From Candidatus Latescibacterota bacterium (lineage in GTDB: Bacteria > Latescibacterota > UBA2968): DNA of 64,000 bases. Shown here one piece after another: positions 38,037 to 47,658 of this stretch (position 1 is its first letter; each line of letters begins with the position of its first letter). The position numbers and the translations under genes were made by a program. The notes beneath the pieces were generated by a model. It was given only the letters and a program-made list of their open reading frames with translations. It was not told the origin of the DNA and did not search any database. The stretch is from assembly GCA_965208125.1 (NCBI GenBank), contig OZ242320.1, positions 1,952,001-2,016,000 of the forward strand. The letters are read 5' to 3'.

Positions 38037-39125
38037 TCATGGTTTCCAGATGGTCGCGCCGATATAGCGTTCGCCTTCTGGCGTATCGTTATAATAATAG
38101 GCTGTTACAAGTGATCCATCGGGTCTCAAGACGGTGCGCGGATATCCGATATCCGCATTGCCACCGTCGTCGCGCAGGACGATTTCCTCGCCCCAATTGG
38201 TTCCGGTCATATCACTGATCCTCGCGCGAATACCATAAGGTGCTGCGCGATAACCGTAAGTTAGAACGATCCGTCCATCCTTCAGATGCGTCAACGTCGG
38301 CGGGTTCCCCCCCTGGCCAGAAGCCGGTACAGGCTGGCCGACCTGTGTCCAGGTCAGCCCATCATCTTCGGATAAATACGTATCAATCCAGTGTTTAGAC
38401 GCTGTAAATTCTCCGCGCTCCGTGCAGCGCACAGCGACGAGAATACTCCCATCACTCAGACGCAGGCTCGCTGGCATGATCTGAAAACCCGCAGGCTCTT
38501 CGCTCAGCCACGATAGAAATCCAAATTTGCGCCCGCCATCATAAGACCGCGCAGCAAATACGCGGCCTTCCAGCCCATTGCGCTTGTTCGCCGTTAGAAA
38601 TAGCGTACATCGGTCCGGGCTATCTACCAGATAATCCGTTCGCGCAGCAATCCCGGTTTGTCCCCACATGGGGAGATAGAAAGGTCCGTTCCACGACTGG
38701 CATCGGTCCTGTGAATAGTACCAGAAGGAACAGACTCCCGGACCCAGGCCCGTTCTGGCACACATCAATGCGAAATCGGGATGGGAAAAATCCACATTGC
38801 CCAGACAATCTGTCGGCGCGTGTTCACCGTCCAGAACTTCACCTACGCGCAATCCCTCATTCATGTGTTCGTCAGCTGATAATCCGCGATTTTCCGGGGT
38901 TTTGCACGGCGTGGGCGTCACCTTCCAGGTTTCGCCGCCATCCACACTGCGCGCCTGCATGTTTACAAATGGACGGTCTTTGTCTCGCGCGTGAAAACCG
39001 CCCTCGGGATCTGTGTATCCCAGCGTAAATCCCAGTGCGATCTCGTCGTCCCACGACCACATACCGTAATTTGCGGGCCAACCTGCAAACCGCCCCGTTT
39101 CTCGGTACACTGTTACGTGTTTCAT
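38037..39125 (-). CDS. BNR/Asp-box (sialidase-like) beta-propeller protein
   Basis: Asp-box repeats SVDGGETW, SYDGGRKF, SEDDGLTW; GYPR near the C-terminus. Confidence 0.75.
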   Translation of the reverse strand: MKHVTVYRETGRFAGWPANYGMWSWDDEIALGFTLGYTDPEGGFHARDKDRPFVNMQARSVDGGETWKVTPTPCKTPENRGLSADEHMNEGLRVGEVLDGEHAPTDCLGNVDFSHPDFALMCARTGLGPGVCSFWYYSQDRCQSWNGPFYLPMWGQTGIAARTDYLVDSPDRCTLFLTANKRNGLEGRVFAARSYDGGRKFGFLSWLSEEPAGFQIMPASLRLSDGSILVAVRCTERGEFTASKHWIDTYLSEDDGLTWTQVGQPVPASGQGGNPPTLTHLKDGRIVLTYGYRAAPYGIRARISDMTGTNWGEEIVLRDDGGNADIGYPRTVLRPDGSLVTAYYYNDTPEGERYIGATIWKP

Positions 39126-40129
39126 AATTTAACCGTACCATCTTCCAGCATGCTCAACAGTGCGGAATCATCCACATTTAGAGGTAATACAACTCTGCCC
39201 CGACGACGACTCGACTCATAAGTTGCAAAAATCAATTCTGTTGCCTGGAGTGCTTTGCGCCCCGAAAGTTCGGGTTCGCGCCCGTTTTTCACGGCGTCAA
39301 TGAGGTCCAGCACAGCAACGGTTGTCGCATCGCGCTGACTCACCATGCCGCTGAGATCCACATCTATCTCCTGGGTGCCCGATACAACGCGGAGTGGGCG
39401 AGCATCGCGGCCCCCAATTTCAATGAACCCTTCGCTCCCGACCAACCGATTCGCAATGCCCTGCATCCTGGTTATACCTGTTACCAACAACCCCTCGCGG
39501 CCATTTTGATACCGAATCCAGGAAATTCCGCTGCCTTCCACGGGGGTCCCAAACACCTCGCGCCCACCTTCTGCGTCAATTTGCCCGATTACCCACTCGG
39601 CGGGTTCATCGTCATTGTAAAAGAAAAACATATCGAACCAGTGCGTGCCCCAGTCGAACATGTTTGGACAATTGCCTTCAAAACGCCGCACTTCGCCAAT
39701 GGCACCAGATTTTGCAATTTCCTTTGCCTTTATAAATTGCCCGGCAAACCGCCTCTGGTGACAAAATGTAATGACCACATCGTTATCTACGCATGCCTGA
39801 TACAGCGACTTTGCTTCTCCCCAGGTCGGTGCCATCGGTTTTTCGGCGTGAATCGCCTGTATCCCACTGCCCGCCGCATCTACAATCATATCGTGATGCA
39901 ATCCGGTCCAGGTACACACGCTGACAAAATCCAGGTCTTCCTTTTCCAGCATGTCGCGGTAGTCTTCATAGCCATTTTCAACACCAAATTCTTCCATATA
40001 CGCCGAACGCGGAGCCTCAAACGGATCGGCACACGCTACGATCGCTACGTCGTCTGACGCGGTCCATCCGCGTGCATGCGCTTTTCCACGACCCCCACAA
40101 CCGATAACACCAGCTTTAAAATTTGCCAT
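39122..40129 (-). CDS. Gfo/Idh/MocA oxidoreductase
   Basis: GVIGCGGRG, AEKPMA, DWGTH. Confidence 0.9.
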   Translation of the reverse strand: MANFKAGVIGCGGRGKAHARGWTASDDVAIVACADPFEAPRSAYMEEFGVENGYEDYRDMLEKEDLDFVSVCTWTGLHHDMIVDAAGSGIQAIHAEKPMAPTWGEAKSLYQACVDNDVVITFCHQRRFAGQFIKAKEIAKSGAIGEVRRFEGNCPNMFDWGTHWFDMFFFYNDDEPAEWVIGQIDAEGGREVFGTPVEGSGISWIRYQNGREGLLVTGITRMQGIANRLVGSEGFIEIGGRDARPLRVVSGTQEIDVDLSGMVSQRDATTVAVLDLIDAVKNGREPELSGRKALQATELIFATYESSRRRGRVVLPLNVDDSALLSMLEDGTVKL

Positions 40130-40146
40130 TTTCTTTTCTCCTCTAT

Positions 40147-41118
40147 TTATGTTTTCCAAATCGATGTCGCATCCACCACATATCCCCTCTGATTATCCAC
40201 CACATTCAACAGAGGTTCTCCGGCGCAGAATCGGCGCACGTTTTCTACGATTAATGCCTTTCTGCGCTTGTCAATCTCTGGCGACACACCGGCCACATGC
40301 GGCGTCAAAATTACATTTTCCATGGACCACAGGACGTGATCTTGCGGCAGTGGTTCCTCTTCATACACGTCGAGGCCTGCACCGCCGATCTGTCCGGATT
40401 GCAATGCACTGGTCAGGGCGTGCAATTTGACCACTTTGCCGCGGCCGATGTTGATTAGAATGCCCGTATTTTTCATTGCGCGAAACATGTCCGCATCGAA
40501 TAACCCTTCGGTCTGGGCTGTATGAGGTACGCAAATTACCACAAAATCGGACTCCCCTACCATATCCGAAAGTTCATCTGGGGAATAAATACGCGCGATA
40601 AAATCGGGTTTTCCCTTTGGTGCAGGATCCATTCCCAGCACGCGCATGCCAAATACCGGGCCTCGTTCGGCAACAGCCAGACCAATGCCCCCCAAACCGA
40701 CTACGCCCAGTGTCGTTTCCGCAAGATGGATGACCGGTGCGCCTTTTTCCCATTTGCTCTGGGACTGATTGCGAATATAGTGATGCAGTCCGCGGGCAAA
40801 TGCCATGACCATTGAAAATACATGGTCGGCAATTACATCGCTGTATATCCCGCGAATATTTGTCACTGTCAAGTCGCTTTTCCGCAGCTCTGGAAAGTAA
40901 TAGCCATCCAGCCCAGCACTCGTCGCCTGTACCCATCGCAGTTCTTTCGCTGCTTTCAAAATTTGTGGGGACATACCGCCAAAATACGCATCTGCATCAC
41001 CAATTTCCGACAGGATGTCTTCTTCGGACTTCACCACCACAGTTTCCACACCCAGGTCGTGGATCTGCTGCATGTATTCATCTTCCAACGCCCGCTGCAA
41101 TACCATTTTTATTGCCAT
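40147..41118 (-). CDS. D-2-hydroxyacid dehydrogenase
   Basis: GVVGLGGIG, INIGRG, LDVYEEEPL, LTPHVAG; GGAGG RBS. Confidence 0.9.
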   Translation of the reverse strand: MAIKMVLQRALEDEYMQQIHDLGVETVVVKSEEDILSEIGDADAYFGGMSPQILKAAKELRWVQATSAGLDGYYFPELRKSDLTVTNIRGIYSDVIADHVFSMVMAFARGLHHYIRNQSQSKWEKGAPVIHLAETTLGVVGLGGIGLAVAERGPVFGMRVLGMDPAPKGKPDFIARIYSPDELSDMVGESDFVVICVPHTAQTEGLFDADMFRAMKNTGILINIGRGKVVKLHALTSALQSGQIGGAGLDVYEEEPLPQDHVLWSMENVILTPHVAGVSPEIDKRRKALIVENVRRFCAGEPLLNVVDNQRGYVVDATSIWKT

Positions 41119-41134
41119 TTCACCACCTCCAGTA

Positions 41135-42406
41135 CTATGCTTGCCAGGGGATACTGCCGTTTTGCTGCATTTCCGTCTGCAACAACTCACCCATTTCCCG
41201 AAATGCGCCAGTTTTTGCCTGATCCGATGTTTCTTGAGGATCATTGCCGAGATCATAAAGTTCCAGTGGTTCAAAAGGACTGTTGTGCAACAATTTGATG
41301 TTGCCGCGTCGAACAGCGTGCTGGTTTAGTCCGAGGAATGAGGGACCCCCGTCTTTTCGCACCCAGTACATCGCGCGATCAGAGAAATCCTGGTTTTCTC
41401 CTCTCAGCGTTGGCAAAATAGACAGTCCTTCGATTTCATGGTTGACCGATACACCTGCTATTTCGCAGGCTGTTGGGAACAGGTCCATCAGCATGGCAAC
41501 GTTGTCACACACATTGCCTTTTTCAATTCCATCTGCCCACATTGCACAGGCGGGTACCCGAATGCCGCCTTCATACATCTGCCCCTTTCCGCCTTTTAAA
41601 TCACCGTTGGTCGCGCCCACATTTAACTGTCCGCCATTGTCCGATGTGTAAATCACGAGTGTATTGGCGAGTTGTCCGGTTTGCTCAAGCGTGTCCAGGA
41701 CCCGACCAATGCCCGCATCCATGTGTTCGACCAGTGCGATGTATTTCACCCGTTCGGACGAGGCGTCAGGCTCGCGCTGGCGCACCCGTTCTATCCATTC
41801 TTCTGGCGGTTGAATAGGTGTGTGCGGCGCATTATAAGCCAGGTACAGGAAAAACGGCTGTGACGAGTGTGCGTGTCCTCGAATCACTTCTATCGCCCAT
41901 TCTGTAAACAAATCCGTCGCGTGTCCACGCGGATCAATTACCTCGAGGTCTTTCCGCATGTAATTGTGGTCGTGTCGCAAATGCGTGTAATAATCGTCCA
42001 TCATGTCGCCCAGAAAACCGTGGAAATGATCAAAGCCGCGCTTGCACGGGTGGTTTTCTGGCTCGAGGCCCAGGTGCCATTTTCCAACGGTTGACGTGTG
42101 ATAGTCTTTTTGTTTGAGCATTGATGGCAGTGTTATGGCATCACGGCTGAAATATCCCCAATTACTCTCGGGGTAAGTGCGAATCACGCCAGGCACGCCA
42201 ACTCGATCTGGATACCGCCCCGTCATCAGTGCTGCGCGACTGGGGGAACACACGGAGGAATTTGCGTAGAATTGCGTCAACCGAGTGCCGTTTTCAGCAA
42301 TGCGATCGATATTCGGCGTTTGAATATGCGGTCCCCGATGCGCTGAGATATCGCCGTAACCGTGATCATCACCCAGGATTATTAAGATATTTGGCAACTG
42401 TGCCAT
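41135..42406 (-). CDS. arylsulfatase (Cys-type)
   Basis: PNILIILGDD, CSPSR, GKWHLG, SDNG. Confidence 0.9.
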   Translation of the reverse strand: MAQLPNILIILGDDHGYGDISAHRGPHIQTPNIDRIAENGTRLTQFYANSSVCSPSRAALMTGRYPDRVGVPGVIRTYPESNWGYFSRDAITLPSMLKQKDYHTSTVGKWHLGLEPENHPCKRGFDHFHGFLGDMMDDYYTHLRHDHNYMRKDLEVIDPRGHATDLFTEWAIEVIRGHAHSSQPFFLYLAYNAPHTPIQPPEEWIERVRQREPDASSERVKYIALVEHMDAGIGRVLDTLEQTGQLANTLVIYTSDNGGQLNVGATNGDLKGGKGQMYEGGIRVPACAMWADGIEKGNVCDNVAMLMDLFPTACEIAGVSVNHEIEGLSILPTLRGENQDFSDRAMYWVRKDGGPSFLGLNQHAVRRGNIKLLHNSPFEPLELYDLGNDPQETSDQAKTGAFREMGELLQTEMQQNGSIPWQA

Positions 42407-42421
42407 TTCATCTCCTTATAA

Positions 42422-42712
42422 TTACATGTGCCGCAGCATTCGCCGCACGAGTTCGCGTTTTTCCGCGGGGTCTTTTGCCCAACAAATTTCCTCAAATTGA
42501 TCTTCAAATGTTCCGGGATTTTCGATTGCTTGATCCCGACTCAATTTTTGCAACTGCTCAATTTCACGAGGATCGAGTCTGTGGGACATGCGGTTTAACG
42601 CAAATTTGAACCGTTTCGGATTTCGCAAAAAATAAGTGCCCAGATCCCGGAGCATGTCGCCGTATTTCAAACCTTGCTCCGCAACTGTTTCCGCGAGTTT
42701 ATCCTTTTGCAT
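42422..42712 (-). CDS. hypothetical protein (96 aa)
   Basis: AGGAGG RBS; fills the gap between two sulfatases on the same strand. Confidence 0.65.
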   Translation of the reverse strand: MQKDKLAETVAEQGLKYGDMLRDLGTYFLRNPKRFKFALNRMSHRLDPREIEQLQKLSRDQAIENPGTFEDQFEEICWAKDPAEKRELVRRMLRHM

Positions 42713-42728
42713 GACTAAAATCCTCCTG

Positions 42729-44141
42729 TTACTCACCGGGACGTTTTCCAATTGTATCCGCAAGGTGGTTCATCAGGTCATCGAGTGCCTGCCGCGATGC
42801 GCGACCGCGAAATGCTTCGAGCGCCGGGTCGCTTGTTTCCACCATCCATTCTTCGAGCGCGTTTCTCAGAGCCTGGAGTTCATCGGCGTAGTTGGGATCG
42901 CCAATGAGGTTGTTCAGCGCATTGGGATCGTTTTCAAAATCGTAAAATTCTTCGAGTACGCGATAGCTGAACAAATGGGTTCGCGCAGCCAATTCCGGGT
43001 CGTTGGCTTCTGCTTCTTTCATCGCCTGCCAGGACCGACCATTCTGGGATTCATTGCGAAATTCCCGCTCGCCATCGGACCAGGGGTTGAAGATATAGCC
43101 GAATCGCGCGTTTTGCACGCATCGCATCGGGTAATTGCGCCGCCCCGAGGTCTGGTGAAATTGCGTGAACACTTGTGCGCATCCATCCTGCTTTTCACCC
43201 TGCAATACGGGCAAACGCGATTTGCCATTGACGCCGTCCGGGATATCTACGCCAATCGCATCCAATACTGTAGGCAAGTAATCTACCCCGGAAATAAAAT
43301 GCTCGGTATCCACGCGCCCGGCTTGAATGACCGCGGGCCACCGCGCCAAAAAGGGTGTGCGCGTGCTGTTTAGATAACAATTTGTTTTTGCAAAGGGGAA
43401 TGCCATGCCATTATCAGATAGGAACATTATAAGTGTGTTCTCCGCCACGCCCGCTTCGTCCAGCACGTCGAGCAATCGGCCTACGGTATCATCACAGCGG
43501 CGAACAGAGTTGTAATACTCGGCAATTTCCAGACGCACGTCCGGTAGATCGGGCAAAAATTCGGGAATGACCACTTCTTCTGGTTCAAATGTGCGCGAGG
43601 GCGGTACCGCAGGCGGGTCGAGTTCGCTGTACCATTCGGGCTTGTCATTGCCGTAAAACGGACGGTGCGGATCGTGAGAATTTGCCATGAGAAAAAATGG
43701 GCGCTCGCCATCTACGGCAGCTTGAACAAAGCTTTTTGCATGCTGATAATACGCATCGGGATTTCGTCCCTGCCCCAAATCGATCTGGTCATACGCCATG
43801 TCCCATTGAAATGCCGCGTATGGCGTCGAGTGTGTCACTTTGCCCAAAATGCCCACATCATAGCCCTCACCGCGCAAAATATCGGGTAGTATGGGGACGC
43901 CTTCGTGTCGCAAATGGTAAAAGCCCTCGCCGCCGCTGAGATGCGGATATCGCCCGGTCATCAATGCCGAGCGGCTCGGTTGGCATACCGCTATCGTCAC
44001 ATGTCCGTGGTTAAACCGCAATCCCCCCGCGGCCAATCGATCAATATTTGGGGTCGTCCCCGCTGTTGGGCAACCAAACGCCCCCACTGCATCCCAGTTC
44101 ATGTCATCTGCTGTTATCAACATAAAATTAGGTCTGTTCAT
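42729..44141 (-). CDS. sulfatase, N-sulfoglucosamine sulfohydrolase-like
   Basis: CQPSR, DPHRP, SDNGMAFPFAKTNCY, YPMR. Confidence 0.85.
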   Translation of the reverse strand: MNRPNFMLITADDMNWDAVGAFGCPTAGTTPNIDRLAAGGLRFNHGHVTIAVCQPSRSALMTGRYPHLSGGEGFYHLRHEGVPILPDILRGEGYDVGILGKVTHSTPYAAFQWDMAYDQIDLGQGRNPDAYYQHAKSFVQAAVDGERPFFLMANSHDPHRPFYGNDKPEWYSELDPPAVPPSRTFEPEEVVIPEFLPDLPDVRLEIAEYYNSVRRCDDTVGRLLDVLDEAGVAENTLIMFLSDNGMAFPFAKTNCYLNSTRTPFLARWPAVIQAGRVDTEHFISGVDYLPTVLDAIGVDIPDGVNGKSRLPVLQGEKQDGCAQVFTQFHQTSGRRNYPMRCVQNARFGYIFNPWSDGEREFRNESQNGRSWQAMKEAEANDPELAARTHLFSYRVLEEFYDFENDPNALNNLIGDPNYADELQALRNALEEWMVETSDPALEAFRGRASRQALDDLMNHLADTIGKRPGE

Positions 44142-44155
44142 TTTGATCCTTTCCT

Positions 44156-44614
44156 CTATTCTTCCCCATCGTAATATTCCACCTCGGTCAGGCGGCCCAA
44201 TTTGCCCGGTGGGCGGATCGCCCATTTATCTGAGTCCGGATAATAGACCGGGTCACTTACGGGATTGTCGGCAATGACATAATAAATCAAGTCTTCTGTC
44301 GCACTTGTGTTGCGAATCTGATGCGCAGTACCGGGCGGCTGAACAAATGCATCGCCTGCTCCCACCTCAAATGTGTGATCATTTCGGCGCACGGTGCCCT
44401 GGCCGCGGAGTACGATATAAAATTCCCATTGTACCTGATGCGCATGGCATGGAAAATTTGTCTTTCCCGGCGGCAAGCGCACCCATTCAACCTCAAATGG
44501 TTGTCCTTCGGTCTCCAATGCTCCGGAAATATCCTTTCGAGACAAACCGTATTTGCCTGTACGCGATTGGCGCGATTTTTCCTCTATTTCCGATTCGTTG
44601 ATTTTTTCTATCAC
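44156..44614 (-). CDS. cupin domain protein (intact copy)
   Basis: HAHQVQWE..G.G, AHQIRN, YYPDSDKW, C-terminal YYDGEE. Confidence 0.85.
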   Translation of the reverse strand: MIEKINESEIEEKSRQSRTGKYGLSRKDISGALETEGQPFEVEWVRLPPGKTNFPCHAHQVQWEFYIVLRGQGTVRRNDHTFEVGAGDAFVQPPGTAHQIRNTSATEDLIYYVIADNPVSDPVYYPDSDKWAIRPPGKLGRLTEVEYYDGEE

Positions 44615-45619
44615 TGTGATCTTCTCCCTTAGAAGCGTTTAATGGGCGTTCCATCCGCCATCCACATATAGCGATGCTCCCATCATAAAGTTGGACGCAT
44701 CGTCCATACCATACCAACAACAATTGTGGCAATAATCAAGATTCGTAAGATAATGGCAAACAAAACAGTAATTACAGTAATTATTCAAACGATTGTGCTG
44801 TCATTGAGTAGTCTGACAAGAATTTTGGTCGCTTTATTCATCATTGATAACCCCCTCAGCAAGCCTAAATTCCAGTGCCAATTTTATTTTACCAATAACT
44901 TCCAAAATCTTGTCACGTTCTATTTGTAGCTCATTTTTAGTAACACTGAGAGTGAGCGGAAACGTCTTAAAGATGTCTTGTGCCTGAACCAAATTTTTTT
45001 TGTTTTTTCTTAGAAGTACTATTGCATATCTGAAATCAGAAAGTATATCTATGGGCGTAAAATGCTCATCAAACAGTTCGGCCTGACCCCCTGTTAGTGG
45101 GTTGGTAACAATCCTACCTTTTTGGCTGTATTTCTCAATCAAATTATCCGAGTCCGGATAATAGACCGGGTCACTTACGGGATTGTCGGCAATGACATAA
45201 TAAATCAGATCTTCTGTCGCACTTGTGTTGCGAATCTGATGCGCGGTGCCGGGTGGTTGAACAAATGCGTCGCCTGCTCCCACCTCAAATGTATGATCGT
45301 TTCGGCGCACGGTGCCCTGGCCTCGGAGTACGATATAAAATTCCCACTGTACCTGATGCGCATGACACGGAAAATTTGTCTTTCCCGGCGGCAAGCGCAC
45401 CCATTCAACCTCAAATGGCTGTCCCGTGGTTTCCAATGCTCCGGAAATATCCTTTCGATGCAAACCGTATTTGCCCGTGCGCGATTGGCGCGCTATTTCC
45501 TCTATTTCCGATTCGTTGATTTTTTCTATCACTGTGATTTTCCTCAAAATAGTTGTTCACTGGGCGTTCCATCCGCCATCCACATATAGCGATGCTCCCG
45601 TCATAAAGCTGGATGCATC
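44226..45619. repeat. diverged direct duplication of about 476 bp (44226-44701 vs 45144-45619) flanking an AT-rich insert
   Basis: Constant 918-bp offset; covers the SDR 3' end, the intergenic spacer and most of the cupin. Confidence 0.9.
44834..45532 (-). CDS. cupin copy fused after YYPDSD to an unrelated tail of about 100 aa
   Basis: Near-identical to 44156..44614 up to PDSD, then AT-rich NLIEKYSQKG... Confidence 0.6.
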   Translation of the reverse strand: MIEKINESEIEEIARQSRTGKYGLHRKDISGALETTGQPFEVEWVRLPPGKTNFPCHAHQVQWEFYIVLRGQGTVRRNDHTFEVGAGDAFVQPPGTAHQIRNTSATEDLIYYVIADNPVSDPVYYPDSDNLIEKYSQKGRIVTNPLTGGQAELFDEHFTPIDILSDFRYAIVLLRKNKKNLVQAQDIFKTFPLTLSVTKNELQIERDKILEVIGKIKLALEFRLAEGVINDE

Positions 45620-46336
45620 ACTCGCCAAAAATAAGGCTGCGCCACGAATTTCATGCAATTCGGCCCAGCGATTTAATGCGGTCAATTCCAATAACGATTT
45701 TACCTTCTCGGGCGTCTTTAGAAGCGGCACATTGATTTCTGTCAAAAAGGGTCCAGGACACAATGCATTGCACCGCACATTGGACTCGGCCCACTCCAGA
45801 GCCATCGTTTTTGTCATCCCGATTAATCCCGCTTTTGACGAACAATAGGCCGAGCGCTCTCTTAACCCGACGCCGCTTAATGCCGACGCGATGTTTACCA
45901 CTGAACCCGATCCCTGTGGCTTCATAACCCGGGCAGCTGCTCGACAACACAACCATACGCCGGTCAGATTGATGTCGATCACTTGCTTAAACTCGTCGAG
46001 GGGAAAATCCTCCACGGGATGCCGAATATTAATCCCCGCACTGTTGATCAATACGTCCAGCTTGCCGTATTTCTCGATGACGGTATCAAATACCCGGTCC
46101 ACGTCTTTTTCACGGGTTACATCTCCAGCGATACCGAGACTCTCTTGCCGTGTTTCTTCTGCGATTTCTGCGGCCACGCGGTCACAATCTGTCTGTGTCC
46201 GCGAACAAATGATGGTTTTTGCACCGGCCTGCGCCAATCCCATCGCCATTGATGCGCCCAATCCTTTGGATCCCCCGGTGATTAACGCGACCTTTCCGTC
46301 TAACCGAAACAAATCCATTACATATATTTCTGACAT
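45557..46336 (-). CDS. SDR family oxidoreductase
   Basis: TGGSKGLG, NSAG, YCSSK, VDGG. Confidence 0.9.
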   Translation of the reverse strand: MSEIYVMDLFRLDGKVALITGGSKGLGASMAMGLAQAGAKTIICSRTQTDCDRVAAEIAEETRQESLGIAGDVTREKDVDRVFDTVIEKYGKLDVLINSAGINIRHPVEDFPLDEFKQVIDINLTGVWLCCRAAARVMKPQGSGSVVNIASALSGVGLRERSAYCSSKAGLIGMTKTMALEWAESNVRCNALCPGPFLTEINVPLLKTPEKVKSLLELTALNRWAELHEIRGAALFLASDASSFMTGASLYVDGGWNAQ

Positions 46337-46368
46337 ATTTTTCTCCAGTGGTCAGCAATCAAATCAGA

Positions 46369-46471
46369 GGGCGACCACAGGCGGTCTCCCCTACAGACCG
46401 GATAACATATCATCGTAGGGGGGACGGTCCCCGTATAGAATCACTACGGGGCAGGCTCCTGTGCCGTCCCT
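46369..46471. repeat. cluster of three degenerate GTAG-family REPs
   Basis: GGGCGACCACAGGCGGTCTCCCCTAC; GTAGGGGGGACGGTCCCCGT; CTACGGGGCAGGCTCCTGTGCCGTCCC. Confidence 0.65.
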
Positions 46472-47552
46472 ATGGTCTCAATGTCACCTTTACGGACTGC
46501 GTTCCGTCTGCTACGAGGTCCATACCCTTGTGAAAATCCTCAAGTGGCAATTGATGGGTTACGATCTGGTCTATTGGGAGGAGGTCCTGTTCGAGCATTC
46601 GAATGGCGATGGGATAACAATGGGGGCTCAAATGCGCGCCGTGAATATTGAGTTCTTTTGTATCTCCAATAATCGTCCAATCCGTTGTCACGGGTTCGCG
46701 CATTACGCTGAATTCGACAAATGTGCCGAGTTTGCAAATCATGAGCAGGCCCTGTTCCACTGCTGCGGGATGCCCGGTTGCCTCAATATACACATCGCAA
46801 CCATAACCCTCTGTCAATTTATGGACTTCGTCAATCACATCTACTGTATTTGGATTCAATCCCAGATCTGCCCCACAGGCTCTGGCTATTTCCAGGCGTC
46901 TATCATCCAGGTCTAACGCGATCAGCAAAGCGGGATTCTTCATCCGCGCGGCAGCGACCATACCCAGGCCGAGTGGTCCCGCGCCGGCAATTACGACTGT
47001 GTGGTTTAACTGGATATTGCCGCGTTCGACCGCGTGAATCGCACAGGCGAGAGGTTCTACGTACGCCGCATGCGCGGCGGGTATGGATTTTGGCACGCGG
47101 TAATTCAGGGCTCTGGCGGGTAGCCTGCAATATTCGGCCATTGCGCCAAATGTCGCCTGGCGAAAGCCGTAAATGTCGTGTACCATGCACATCCAGTATT
47201 GCCCGCGCAAGCAATAACGACACGCGCCGCACGGCACGATTTGCTCCGATACGGCGAGGTCGCCAATCGCCAGTCCGTATTTGTCTCTTGCACCGTCACC
47301 CAGTGCAACGACCTCTCCCACAAATTCGTGCCCGGGAATAATCGGTGCCTGGCAATAGCCCTCGCGGTGGGAATCGCCCCAGAACATGGGTGCTCCCAGA
47401 TAGCACTTCAAATCGCTTGCACATATACCGACCGATTGCACGCGAATGAGAACCTCACCCGCATCTATCTGGGGCACTGCGTATTCTTCCAGGCGATAAT
47501 CTTCGGGCGCGTGACACATTACTGCGGGCATTGTTTTTGGCAAATCACCCAT
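46470..47552 (-). CDS. zinc-dependent polyol dehydrogenase (erythritol/threitol dehydrogenase-like)
   Basis: GICASD, PGHEFVG, CGACRYC..C, GAGPLG. Confidence 0.85.
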   Translation of the reverse strand: MGDLPKTMPAVMCHAPEDYRLEEYAVPQIDAGEVLIRVQSVGICASDLKCYLGAPMFWGDSHREGYCQAPIIPGHEFVGEVVALGDGARDKYGLAIGDLAVSEQIVPCGACRYCLRGQYWMCMVHDIYGFRQATFGAMAEYCRLPARALNYRVPKSIPAAHAAYVEPLACAIHAVERGNIQLNHTVVIAGAGPLGLGMVAAARMKNPALLIALDLDDRRLEIARACGADLGLNPNTVDVIDEVHKLTEGYGCDVYIEATGHPAAVEQGLLMICKLGTFVEFSVMREPVTTDWTIIGDTKELNIHGAHLSPHCYPIAIRMLEQDLLPIDQIVTHQLPLEDFHKGMDLVADGTQSVKVTLRP

Positions 47553-47658
47553 ATCGAATCCTTTTCTTGACAAGAGAAAGACCTTAGGATACACTTTAAC
47601 ACTTTGACAGTATAAAGAAAAACGCAACAATTTTCATCTCTAACCTTATGAGGTAAAA

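Noticed and set aside
44726-44929. 67-aa plus-strand ORF in the AT-rich insert
   Set aside because: No RBS or motif; the insert more likely holds minus-strand gene fragments, one with an internal stop
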